NCBI GenBank assembly: GCA_047967505.1
Contig: CM106538.1
Length of the DNA stretch: 64,000 nt
From: Dipteris shenzhenensis
Lineage: Eukaryota
Direction: 5' to 3' (one strand)
A program made the position numbers and the translations under genes. Below are positions 53,601-61,859 of the stretch, piece by piece (within the stretch, counting starts at the first letter, position 1; every line of letters begins with the position of its first letter). A model generated the notes under the pieces. That model saw nothing but the letters and a program-made list of their open reading frames with translations, ran no database searches and was not told the DNA's origin.

Positions 53601-56600
53601 TGCTCCAGATCTGTCCCCTTTTCAGCTCCAGATCTGCCCTCCTTTCTGCTTCAGTTCTGCTCATCTTTCTGCATCAGATTACCTCCAACTTCCGCTCCAA
53701 ATTCCGTTCTTTCTACTCCAAATCTGCAGCAACCCCTTCATCAGTTTGTTGTCTCAGATTTGGTTCAGTTCCAACTTGTGGAGCTAGTGCAGAAGTCCAC
53801 TACAGTTGTCAGGACTGAAGTTTGTTTCAGAGCTTCTCTTCACTTGTACTAAGTTCCGTTTGTGATATATATATCTTCTTCAGCCATTGATTGTCTTCAG
53901 TATTGTTTTATTTGTCTCCAAGTATTTTTCTTTATAGGGTCCCCTCCATACTCTTTCCTATTCGACATGTATTTTGAAGCGCAGCTGTCCACATACCAAC
54001 CCTCCTTATTCTTACTCGCTACATGAGCGGAGGAGTGCTCTATGCACAAGAAGAGCTCTCCTGTAGTGACATTGGCCAAGTCTATCTATGGCTCCTCCTT
54101 GCTCTTGGACTCTTTTTTCTTTTGATCTGTCTTCTTCATCCAGCAATCCTTTGCATAAATGACTGAGCTTCTCACATAGAAACATTTTACCTTCTTCTTC
54201 TCTGAGTCTTCGGCCTTGCCTTTGGAGTCCTTGGGCTTGCCCTTACCGGGCTTGTCCTTCGCTAGAAATGCTTTATCGTCGTCCTTGTCGTACAACTTCC
54301 CCGAGCCCCCTCTATAGTAACAAGGGCCCAAACTCTTGGAATGTTAGGAGCTTGGTCCTTTCTCCTGTTGTCACAGTGGTGACGAAACCCTTGAAGCTGC
54401 GAGGTAGCATACCAAGTTGTCAGCAGTGCCAGCTGACTAGATCCACCTTCTCACCAATCAATGCCAGTTGATCTCTTATTACTTTTGATTTTCGTCAAGT
54501 GGCCATTTACCGATTCTCCCTCGTCCATGCTCATATTGAATAGCTGGTGCTATAGAGTCAATATACGAGAAGTGTTATCTGTCTCGTACCAATCCTTCAG
54601 AGTGTTATCTGTCTCGTAGGAGTCCTTCAGAGAGTGGCCTGCGCCTCCAGTGACATATCTACCATCTGGATGTGAGGAATCACAGAATCTGACGTTGTCC
54701 CTATGATTAAAGCCAGGGCATGGGCATCTCTATTCTCCCATGCTTGGAATTCGTCAAAGAGCGTTTAGAGCTAGAAACCATGCTCTGATACCATGTTGGA
54801 AATGAAGAAAAGAATCTCTCTAACCTCACAACCTATACCGAATAAAAACAGCTCTGTCTCACACTCAATGCGCATATGCAGACCACACTTGAATACCTCA
54901 CTCAAAAGATAGAGCATAAACAGCGTACAAAAGAGAGAGAGAACTCATATATTATTCCTCCACCAAGTGGTGGGCACAACACAGCTCAAGGTGAGCACAA
55001 AAGGACCACCAAGGGCTGGACTGCCCAAACTCAGAACTCTCTAAGCCTTCTCCTACGCCGCACTGCCTGTGTTTGGCTTCTGTGACTGATAGAGAAATGA
55101 GAGGGGGAAGGGGTCTTTTTTATGGGGGGCTGGCAGCCCCTAGAGGTGGCCAACCCCCTGGTCAGTTTGTACCAACCAGCCTGGTCAGTGAAGGCTGACA
55201 CCCCTGGGCAGCCTAAATATGGCTTGCTGGGGGGTGCTGTTGCTGTTGCTGTTGCTGCCAAGCCCTTCAAGCCCACCCTGGAGCCTTTGCTGCAAGCTGC
55301 AGCCCATGACAGCCACTCATGATCCCTCCCCCTCACCGTCATATGACCCCCCATGTCCTCTATGAGGGGGCTCACAGGTGGGGGCCATTGACTTCCAACA
55401 GCATGTTACATGAGATAAGAGAAAAGGAACCAGCTTTCACATGAATTACATTTCAAAATCATGTAGCAATGAATTACATTTCACAGCCAAAAAGCCTAAA
55501 AAGTTTTCAACAATTATTAACACGTGCCTTTTGATCTCTTTGAGAAATATAAGCATAGCTAAGAGCCTTGAATATGAAAAATCTCCTTTCACAAAGCAAT
55601 GAATCTCCCCAAAAAGAATATGGTGGTGATCCCAAAAAAGTCAGTCACAAAAGCTCGGCATTGTAACCCAATCATCTGTCATCTCTTGAATGTTTGATGC
55701 TCAAGCTAACATTAGGTTGCTTACGTAACAGGACAGGTAAGTCCTTGAAACTATGACAGGACGGCAGCTTGCCATGCGGTGAGAGTTAAGATTTTAACCT
55801 CGGAGCCACACTAGGAGAGTGTGATTGAAGTAGGTGTATAGGGTCAAGTACAAGTCCATGGCATTAAACTTTTGGAATGCACATATTACAACACTACGTG
55901 GTCAAGTACAAGTCCATGGCATTAAACTTTTGGATTACAATACGTGGTAATTAAAATTGACCCAGGGCATTAAAACAGTGGCTGCAGTTGTGACGTCCTG
56001 TCCTGGACAGGTCCAAAGAACATGGCTTGTTGGCCAAACTGTGGGAATGTCTTCATAGGACAGGATATTTTTTCAAAGCCAAAAGGTTAAAGCTAGTCTC
56101 TTTTCACTGAGGGCAGAGACAAGCGTCATTTGTGCCTACTTGTTTTCTAAAGGGCTTTTACAACGTATCATAGCCGAGCTTCTATTAGGTCACATTCTCT
56201 TTCGTGCTGTTTCCGTCCACTTTTCTTTTCAATGCGCAGAACACCAAATCTTCTACCCGTTCTGAAAAACAAACAAGTTGAATACATTCAAAAGGCCTGC
56301 CCTGGAAGCTGAGAGAGAGAAGAAGAAGAAGAAGACGACGACGAGAGAGAATAAGAAGCAGCAAAACAAGAGGAGAGAGAGAGAGAGAGAGAGAGAAGGG
56401 GGCGGGGGGGGAGAGAAAATGCTGGGACCAAAATAGCAACAAGAGAGAAAGGGGGATGAACAAAAATAGAAAATCGAAGCCACCAATGAGGACACAACAA
56501 AACTCACCAATCAAACCACACGTTTTTCGTTTCTCTAGGAGGGTGACACTTTACATAAGCCTACCCCCAGGGCAGGCCAAAAATGGAAGCTACAGGGCAT

Positions 56601-56960
56601 AGTAGACCATGATTTTGCCACAGCATGTCCAAGGTGGGGTGCCACCTATAACTCTGCTGCCCACACGTCAATAGGTGCACACATACACCTGTCTGGATCT
56701 CATCTCGTTTATAAACACTCAGCACATTATTTCGAATGCACACGCTCAACAGATAGTACAATACCGCACCTGAACGTGATACGTCGCGAGGTGAGCACGA
56801 GAACTTTCTCCCTGTTGCGAAAGGAGGCTGAAGGATGCCCGTTTTGTTCGGCAGAGACAGAATCTTTAGGACCGAGGAGAGTGCGCTTTGGGAGAGGAGG
56901 TTCAGAGTCGACAGTGCTCGTTTCAGTGGCTTGCGCCAAAGCTTTGCGTTTCTTGCCCAT
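23491..56960 (-). CDS. BRX1: Brix-domain ribosome biogenesis protein BRX1 homolog; 8 coding exons, 942 nt, 313 aa
   Basis: join(56960-56770, 32494-32353, 32229-32151, 25867-25743, 25035-24934, 24379-24311, 24110-24012, 23625-23491); all introns GT-AG, phases consistent, no internal stop; motifs [75 protein letters not shown]. Confidence 0.96.
24012..24110 (-). CDS. BRX1: BRX1 coding exon 7 (VGPRFCL...SPNV)
   Basis: tttcag| and |gtacga boundaries; 99 nt. Confidence 0.95.
24311..24379 (-). CDS. BRX1: BRX1 coding exon 6 ([23 protein letters not shown])
   Basis: ctacag| and |gtgagt boundaries; 69 nt. Confidence 0.93.
24934..25035 (-). CDS. BRX1: BRX1 coding exon 5 (VFCTPK...FRNYQ)
   Basis: ttgcag| and |gttttc boundaries; 102 nt. 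Confidence 0.95.
25743..25867 (-). CDS. BRX1: BRX1 coding exon 4 ([11 protein letters not shown]...LLKQ)
   Basis: ctgtag| and |gtagcc boundaries; 125 nt. Confidence 0.95.
26005..26262. mobile_element. hAT/Ds-like MITE (258 bp)
   Basis: TIR CATAGTT(A/G)CCAG; 8-bp TSD ctgttgac/ctgatgac; many subterminal GAAAC/AAACGG/CCGTTT motifs. Confidence 0.85.
26777..27687 (-). mobile_element. Degenerate 3' LTR plus PPT of an LTR retroelement; left end uncertain
   Basis: Minus strand reads GAGAGGGGG|TGTTAGAG at 27687-27670 (PPT plus LTR start); sequence to the right is non-coding and degenerate. Confidence 0.5.
27017..27343. mobile_element. Degenerate hAT-like MITE inserted in an LTR remnant
   Basis: Ends CAGTGTAACCAA / TTGTGACATTG; partial TSD gctacact/gctacgac; subterminal (G)AAAC(G/A)CC motifs. 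Confidence 0.55.
28950..29260. repeat. Purine-rich (GGA/GAA) low-complexity tract
   Basis: About 300 bp almost entirely G/A on the + strand. Confidence 0.9.
30235..31350 (-). mobile_element. 5'-truncated non-LTR retrotransposon 3' end (RTE-X/L2-type zinc finger); limits approximate
   Basis: [11 protein letters not shown]...[10 protein letters not shown]...[13 protein letters not shown] in ORF 30960-31199. Confidence 0.8.
32151..32229 (-). CDS. BRX1: BRX1 coding exon 3 ([10 protein letters not shown]...FLVKA)
   Basis: ttccag| and |gtatgc boundaries; 79 nt. Confidence 0.95.
32353..32494 (-). CDS. BRX1: BRX1 coding exon 2 (RYRHLM...CLFFE)
   Basis: ttgcag| and |gtaggc boundaries; 142 nt. Confidence 0.95.
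33637..33678 (+). repeat. Degenerate interstitial TTAGGG-type run (7 hexamers)
   Basis: ttaggg gtaggg ctaggg ttagag ttaggg tcaggg ttagag. Confidence 0.8.
36155..37409 (-). mobile_element. Truncated copia D' (5' LTR 37140-37409, PBS, part of leader) inside C LTR2
   Basis: Reverse complement resembles D LTR and leader (38555-39735); PBS variant tggtatgagagc; left junction also removes ~440 bp of C LTR2. Confidence 0.88.
41003..41503 (-). mobile_element. ~500-bp insertion between gag and protease of D, probably a truncated LINE 3' end with an (ATATGT)n tail
   Basis: Splits ...DTYAFLT / [22 protein letters not shown]-like repeats at its left end; actt at both junctions. Confidence 0.6.
42580..42774 (+). 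other. Family-B RNase H C-terminal fragment inserted in the integrase of D
   Basis: [23 protein letters not shown]...[25 protein letters not shown] closely matches 11126-11375; lies between NRAPTKA and KKTPYEVW of the integrase. Confidence 0.9.
46290..46567 (-). pseudogene. Copia E protease remnant (left flank of F)
   Basis: Minus strand [17 protein letters not shown]; continues the WYVDS region interrupted at ~53937. Confidence 0.75.
46751..46855 (+). promoter_or_regulatory. LTR U3 promoter of F: W-box and DRE/CRT cluster, 26-bp palindrome, TATA (repeated in the 3' LTR at ~53156-53260)
   Basis: Four TTGACC and four (A/G)CCGAC cores on both strands; gtcggtcaacctgcaggttgaccgac at 46806-46831; tataaaaa at 46848. 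Confidence 0.65.
47612..52723 (+). CDS. Gag-Pol polyprotein of copia F (1703 aa from first ATG)
   Basis: Uninterrupted ORF: gag ([10 protein letters not shown]), [14 protein letters not shown] knuckle, [15 protein letters not shown] (HYRLGH...[20 protein letters not shown]), RT ([13 protein letters not shown]), RH ([14 protein letters not shown]). Confidence 0.97.
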   Translation: MSSPSSPKRSQPDSTSIQPSPSTYVERESARIEGDEYLSKLFKEFAEFQKWKELEAGTRTPRASTSPRFSPIRQQGPLFNSEEAEQHLKFGANEEQVSPDERGQAGMRTLDYSTVPIPQESVQGMMPYSLSATPSVMQGIGTSNHEDTDPYMHVNTRRREGRNASDNEFAFGSHPSLPPFPLISSAAIFPPVVSHPPPSPMPLDSYSLFPSISPAASFSPLMSYPASHLHPSPSGPFSNSFVPPVMPPLPSSHSATIPNSLLPPPVASPYHPISSPHLVSATAKHAFTDMTRFNGSNYTTWSNLMRHVLDSQDLWELVQGTESPPDPHVYPPQVVRSWRHRNATAIVEIMQGLLPEFHSQLQHFDLASERWAHLTDRYAARDRTRRINLDHDLQQFQILADDDLKVKLADYRRLVAEFATTGPPKSEDDQVTFFLNKLPPKYFSFMQQIISQPSLPTFYEFECQLLRYARLYSQVHQKHSIPASEGALLSGIPKDQPSSGKPSPTPNPSSSKPAWHSLPKKNRFCQHCQRVGHIDDECRSKAKGLLPQPPTMTPQPPRWTPQLPTTTPQPPRWTPQPPTTTPQPPRWRPRGGPPPPPSNTGLWRPQGHVTNHFTPSPPFITPEGLSDWSTGDSLDFTSQALIHITELDSSSSLSGSAFHTLSCDSKSSWIVDSGATHHMTPHSDLFISRQPATGGVRCGNNSVATIHGVGSITFDTDKGPKLAQLDQVFYVPQLGVNLLSVHQLCLLGRTVLFTKMHVDIIDESSGLLLARGDAQPNGLYFINQFLATPSPCGSEFHRLYGNATLKDPTDTERLWHYRLGHLSYDSLYEMSRDHLVDGLPKLSRAKDICHPCQLGKQSRTPFPSHSTSRASEILRLIHLDISGKSPVPSLNGSHYFFLIVDDYSRYQWVFFMKEKSDTFSFFATWARLVMNQTGKSIGIARSDNGGEFISHEFTQFLQEHGIQRHLTSPNSPSQNARVERRQRTVMNMARSMLFAAELPERLWPEAVNTSVYILNRCPTQPILNMTPFEAFYGYRPSIAHLRIFGCRAYTHTPNDTRGKLEPRAELFLLVGYSAEAKAYRLFDPRTNKVLVRRDVVFDERAVLKNSSILSTNDVSTPVPSDNSPPEIPSSPLETSLPPPIVSPHDPLPRWYRQTMKDSGIIPVELPPSGPRRSTRITSSPATASFFTTAYIIHSEPATWQEALKNPAWHRAMEQELESIDRNQTWILVNRPTHKKVIGTKWIFRTKLKADGTLDKYKARLVVQGFRQKHGIDYEETFAPTARLTSFRLLLALAAHHHWTIYQMDVKSAFLNGYLDEEVYVTPPPGFSPPGHENKVFRLRKALYGLKQAPRSWFHRIDTFLKTNGFHSTPFDPNLYIHHSSEGVCFILLYVDDLLLLGSTPTTLQYIKTQLSITFEMTDLGRLSYFLGMEVVQHSGGIFVSQQKYALQLLDQIIPHEPKLAATPLDPTVKLSKDLESPPFDEHLYRQVVGKLLWLLHTRPDLAYSVSILSQYFNEPKLTHWHACIRILRFIRGTYSYGLHFRPGLTLQGYTDSDWAGDPDNRRSHGGYIFSFGSAPVSWSSRKQETVAGSSTEAEYRALYDCTTEAIYLRHFLAELHFPCTEPTILYVDNKSAIALAGNPIFSNRTKHVGVHFHFTREQVELGTIRLIYVPAADNHADILTKPVNRPTLEHLCPRLGIGLPPPL
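53937..55400 (-). mobile_element. Degenerate copia E, 5' part (5' LTR 54794-55400, PBS 54793-54782, gag-PR remnant)
   Basis: gctctgatacca next to LTR tgttggaa...ttccaaca; degenerate knuckle (VKCFY...KDCW) and [11 protein letters not shown]. Confidence 0.85.
56770..56960 (-). CDS. BRX1: BRX1 coding exon 1 (MGKKRK...RRITF)
   Basis: ATG at 56960; donor GT at 56769-56768; 191 nt, phase 2. Confidence 0.93.
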
Positions 56961-57400
56961 GCTCTTAAGGTTGATCAGCAACAAACTACAGGCACAAAGC
57001 AAAGCAGAACAATCTGGGCAAAACTTAAACAGCCTAGAAATGGGTTTTTCTCTCTAGTGGAAAACTAACTAACTACACCTAAATGGCTCCTACTAACTTA
57101 ACATACATGTATACCTCAAATTTGAAGCAGCTTACATATGATGCTACTTTCGTTCCCTCAGAATGTGTACTTCTATAGGACCACGTGGGAAAATTTCAAA
57201 AGAAAATTGTGTATGAATGCGGCCCAGCGGCAACTCAGGCAAGCGCCATAATGGAGATGGTAAAGTGCAACAAATAACGTTGCTACATGAAGTGCCAAGA
57301 TGATGGACATGAGATGATGTTGATGAAGGGACATGCAAGGCATAGCCTATGAGAAGGCTAAACCCATGATGTGATATGCTAATCGCTATTTTGGCCATAC

Positions 57401-57690
57401 CCTAAAAGTGGAGCATACAAACTCTTCTATATCCTCTAAGAAAGATACAATAGATGGCGTTGCCCCCCAGCCGTGCGCTCCTGTGTGAGAAGCTTCGATG
57501 GCGTGCTAGAAACATTAGAGGACGGAGGCTGGATGCTAAGGAATCAGGGTTGCTATAGCTAGTGATGAATATGGGTTTCACGGGCTTGCTCTTATATAGC
57601 CATCAGTCGTAGTCGGTTAGACCCAATTGGGAGACTAACCCAATCGGCCCAAAAATGGCCGACTGGAGGCCGGTCCCAAAATAGGCCACT
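57401..57690 (-). promoter_or_regulatory. Putative BRX1 promoter and non-coding first exon
   Basis: Minus-strand CTATATAAG at ~57599-57591; site II-like TGGGCC/TGGGTC motifs at 57620-57655; candidate 5'UTR intron from donor GTATGG (57400) to acceptor ctgtag (56986). Confidence 0.5.
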
Positions 57691-59059
57691 GACCACACGT
57701 TAGAACCATGGCGCAGAATAGAGTAACTGACCTACGATCACCATTCAGCTGCCTAGAGCCATCCGGGATCATGTGGGGCTCCAAACGGGCCCCGCAACTC
57801 AAGAGTGGACTGCCTCGGGAAATGCTCCATCTACCCTCAGTGCGGTCAGTCATGGGATGCCTTCCCACACTTGCATGTAGCCTAGTTGGCAGTGTACCAA
57901 CTCTATCTGAAGCCGTCCAGCCATCAGGCCACACATGGCCCCCATCTGGTGTCCAAACCAGGACCCACCGGATAACCAAGCTACTCAAATGCCTTCTCCT
58001 CATATGGGGGGGCTTACAAGTAGAGTTAGCTGGTTCCCACGTAGTTACACGAGAGTGGAGCATTGATATCTAACAGTAGAGTGTGAAGAGACCATTAAGG
58101 TTCTGGAAGTCAGGGTTGTGTATATATATTTGTATCATTCATTTTGTTCAATACAAAGTCTCCATATTACATAGCATGCTAGTGCCTTAGAGGGTTCTTT
58201 CTCCATCTCTCACACCATTCCCACCATCCTCATACTCTCTTTACAATGATAAGTGGAGCTAGGAGATAATTCGAATGAGTTGGATGGATTTGGTCCATCG
58301 ATTGGGACTTGCTTTCTTAATGCATTTGAGAGGGATATCCTAAATTTATCAATGCCCATAATACTCATTGGTGTAAAATACTTATTTTAAGCCATGCATT
58401 ACATAAGTGCGTAATAAATCAATAATTCTTGAATGAATTGTCCTAATTAGATACGGCCATATGCACATAGATATATTTCATTAAAGACACTACATCATAT
58501 CCTTTGGTGGGCTATTTTCAATCACCTATCAATAGAATATGTATGTAAAGTGGAGATCAATGCTCATTTCATGATTTCTAACCTAAACCTTAAACCCCAA
58601 ACCCATGAGCATATTATGCTCCTATAGAGGTATAAGGCAACGAAGCATTACTTATTTGCACACATATAAAAATACAAAGTTGTAGAAAGCATGCAACTCT
58701 ATGCAACATGACTAGGAGGGTCATGGTCCTTCAACACATCCCCTTGAGAGTGTTTGTATGTTGCAATTTTTTGTTAACATTATATGTCTTAAAGGGCCGA
58801 ATTAGACCAATAGTTTGGATTCCTCATTTGTGAAACAATTGCTCACTTGAGCAATCCAAACTATCATTAGCAGAGAAATGGGGTCTCAAAAGGGCCTCAT
58901 AAGGAATGGATTAGTCCTAATGAAAGGGCCATGGTAGGGCCCAAAAATTCCTAACCCCCCTCACCTAGGTGGGTTAAGCCCACAAGTGACCCCCACCTCT
59001 TACACAACTCTTACTCCGAGGTGGGAACCAACAAATTCAAATTTTAAATTTTAAATTTT

Positions 59060-59500
59060 GAATTCCCTCCCTCCTCTCTCCTCCCTGCCTCCCTTCCTCC
59101 TCCCCCTCCCCCCTCCCTCCTTTCCCCTCCCCCTCCTCACTCCCTCCCTCCTCCTCCCCCTCCCCACTCCCTCCTCTCCCTCTCTCCTCCTCCCCATCCC
59201 TCCCTCCTCCACGCCTGCTCCTCCTCCCCTCCCCCTTCCTCCCTCCTCCACGCCAGCTCCTCCTCCCCCCTCCCTCCTGCTCCTCCCTCCTCCTGCACGC
59301 CTACTCCTCCTCACCCTCCTCACCTATTGGTCCTCCCCCCTCCCCTCCTCCTCCACGCCTCTGGTGGTCCTCCCCCTCCATTCCTCCTCTACAACTGTTG
59401 GTCCTCCCTCCCCCATCCCTCCTCTACAACTACTGGTCCTCCCTCCCCCATCCCTCCTCCTCCTCACCCTCCCCCTTCCTCCACACCTTCTCCTTCTCTA
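59060..59500. repeat. Pyrimidine-rich (CCT/CCCT) low-complexity tract
   Basis: About 440 bp mostly C/T on the + strand. Confidence 0.9.
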
Positions 59501-59513
59501 CACTCCTTTACTC

Positions 59514-61850
59514 ATGGCACCATTCGAGGATGTCTCCAACAAGTATCAGGCTCACTTAGAGATAGAGGCTGAATATGCAAGCACACGTAGCTTGGGATTG
59601 AGGGGAGCTTCCAAAATCCATGGTCTTTGTTCACAAGGGTTGAAGCATCTCGACCTTTGGGTAGAAGGATCCTTGTATCCTTTAGATCTTGCCAACCAAA
59701 AGATCCCTCCTTTTCATGCAATGCATGAGCTATTTCGGTTTGTTGGAAATGGACAGGTGGGGCTACTTGGTTATTGCAATTGGTTAAATAATGCTTAGAG
59801 AATGGCTATGCAAGCAAGTAAGATGCATAGAGCCCAAGTAGAGCAGCTAGCACATTTAGGAAATAGCATCATTGTTGCAATGCATAACTCTATGTAGGAG
59901 CTTCAAAGGTAGAACAAGGATCTTCATGATAAAGCCAAAGCATTGGACTTGTAGGCGAAATGCATTGGACTTGGAGCGATAAAAATTACAAGAGTCACTT
60001 TGTAAGCTAGTTCAAACCAAAAAAGGCTTAGAAAGATCTATATACAATCAAGTTCAATGAGCTGTAAAGAAGGAATGAGAGAAGGTAGAAGAACGAGTGC
60101 AAAAGATGGAAGAAACACCTTTGGGATTGAAGGATAGGAAAAGAACATACATAACATGGATGCATTGGCACCCATTAAGAGGAGAATCCGGGCTACAAGG
60201 TTGGTTATCAAATGTTTCAATGAAATTATACTCTTTTGTGCTACATTGTTTGAGACTAAGTTTTGCTTGTGTTCTTCTTTAGGAACTTCATTGAAGATGT
60301 GATGGGGAGAATGGACAGGGATGATATTGACTGTTCATATGCTCTAGCTAGTTTATTGAAGTTAAGCGATGTCATTGGGATACTAAGGGACCCAAGACAC
60401 ACGCGTCTACATGTGTAAGTTGTTGAAGAGATGATGAAGGACTTCAAGGACATTGTGGACGCAAAGGAGATGCTTGCAGCTTATGATACTACCGATGTAA
60501 GTCATGAAGTACACATTTGTTTTCAAAAATTTCAAGTCTACTATCTTGGAAAAGTATAAGAAGTCTACAGTGCCCCTACTCATACCTTGGTTTGTGAGAC
60601 GTGCATAGCAAGAAACAAACCAACATGCAAGAGAAATACTTGGAGGGTACCATTGCGTAAGGGGCACAATGACTTGGAAGAGTAAAAAGAATTCTAGTTT
60701 GCAAACCTTTGAGATGAATGCTTTCAACAATGTCTACTTAGATGTTAAGAAACTGTAACCTATCGATTTCTTTCTTTTGTTGTACAAAATGCAATGGAAA
60801 GCTCATATTTGTCACAAAAATGGATGAAGCTCAATTGGTGAAAGAACACAAGTTAGAGAGAGTCAGCATTTGCATTATGAATAAAGCCTTAGCCTTTGTT
60901 CAAGGGAACAAGGAAGTAGAGCAAGATTTCTCAATGCAATCAGAGAAAGATATTTGGTGGCTTGCAGCATTTGAGACTTGGAATGAGTGCCATGAGACAT
61001 TGAAGTGGGTTCTAGATAGAACAAGAATCCCATCAATGATCCGAAGACAAGAGGAAGGGAAAACACTAACAATAGATGGCCATGGAACATTTTGAGTTGA
61101 ATGGCATCTTGTTGGTGATTTGAAAACCCTCAAGTGCTTGCATGGTTGTGATATATAGGCAAATGCAATGCTCACATGCCTTTATTGCATGTGTTCGCAA
61201 CATAAGTAAAAGGCTGTATTACAACGGGAGAATGGCATTTTATCTTGTAGGCAACCAAACACAAGCTCCTGATTGACGAGACAAGAAGGATCCAAAGTGG
61301 GATCCCATCTTGCCCATCCCACTAGAGAGAGTACACATATGTACTTTATATGTAGGGATATGAAAATGTCTAGGGCAACATAGAATCTTCCTGCCAAAGT
61401 GTCCATGGGTGGAGCGAAGGCAAGGAGATTTCTATCTAACCACCATAATCTCGACAAAGACAAACATACATTGTCTCAAAGTAGCTTGGGTTGGGAATAT
61501 TGGAAAGCACTGTGTGAATGCACGACCAATAAGGCTTCTCATCCTCAAGTAGCAACTTTGAGAGCTAAAGTATGGACAAAGGTAGATGCGTTGATAAAAT
61601 TGCTTCACCAAGTTCAAATCGATGAGATGTATTATGAAAGGTTCAGGATGATTGTGAAAGAGTTTATGCAATTAATGGTGAAAGCATGGGGGGAGTCACA
61701 CATTACGCATTACATGGTAATCTTGTCACCATCATAATATTTAGCACTTAATTTATTAAAAGTTTTTGTTGTTGCTAAAATGATGCTAGTCATGTTTGCA
61801 GCATATTCTCTATGCACAGGACCATGGTTTGTATAGAATTAGGGCCCTTT
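59514..61850 (+). pseudogene. Degenerate intron-containing DDE transposase of RAG1/Transib type; 3' end lost
   Basis: Ordered motifs LAAYDTTDVSHE, VTKMDEA, QSEKD...ECHETL, GDLKTLKCLHG...CLYC, PIPLERVHICTL, SMGGAKARRFL, ITHYM|HILYA; GT-AG introns 60200-60282 and 61717-61801; several stops and frameshifts. Confidence 0.72.
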
Positions 61851-61859
61851 GTCCCCATT

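Larger units (their letters stand above)
46568..53936 (+). mobile_element. Intact, very young Ty1/copia F (7369 bp) with TG...TA LTR termini
   Basis: LTRs 46568-47534 and 52972-53936 differ by about 2 substitutions plus homopolymer indels; TSD gggtc on both sides; PBS tggtatcagagc at 47535; PPT ttgagaggggg 52961-52971. Confidence 0.98.

Noticed and set aside
58400-59050. TIR or RSS-like end for the RAG1-like element (e.g. cactac at ~58487)
   Set aside because: No CACAGTG-like heptamer and no matching right end or TSD in the window
59058-59513. Pro/Leu-rich N-terminus of the 246-aa ORF
   Set aside because: Translation of a C/T low-complexity tract; first ATG is at 59514
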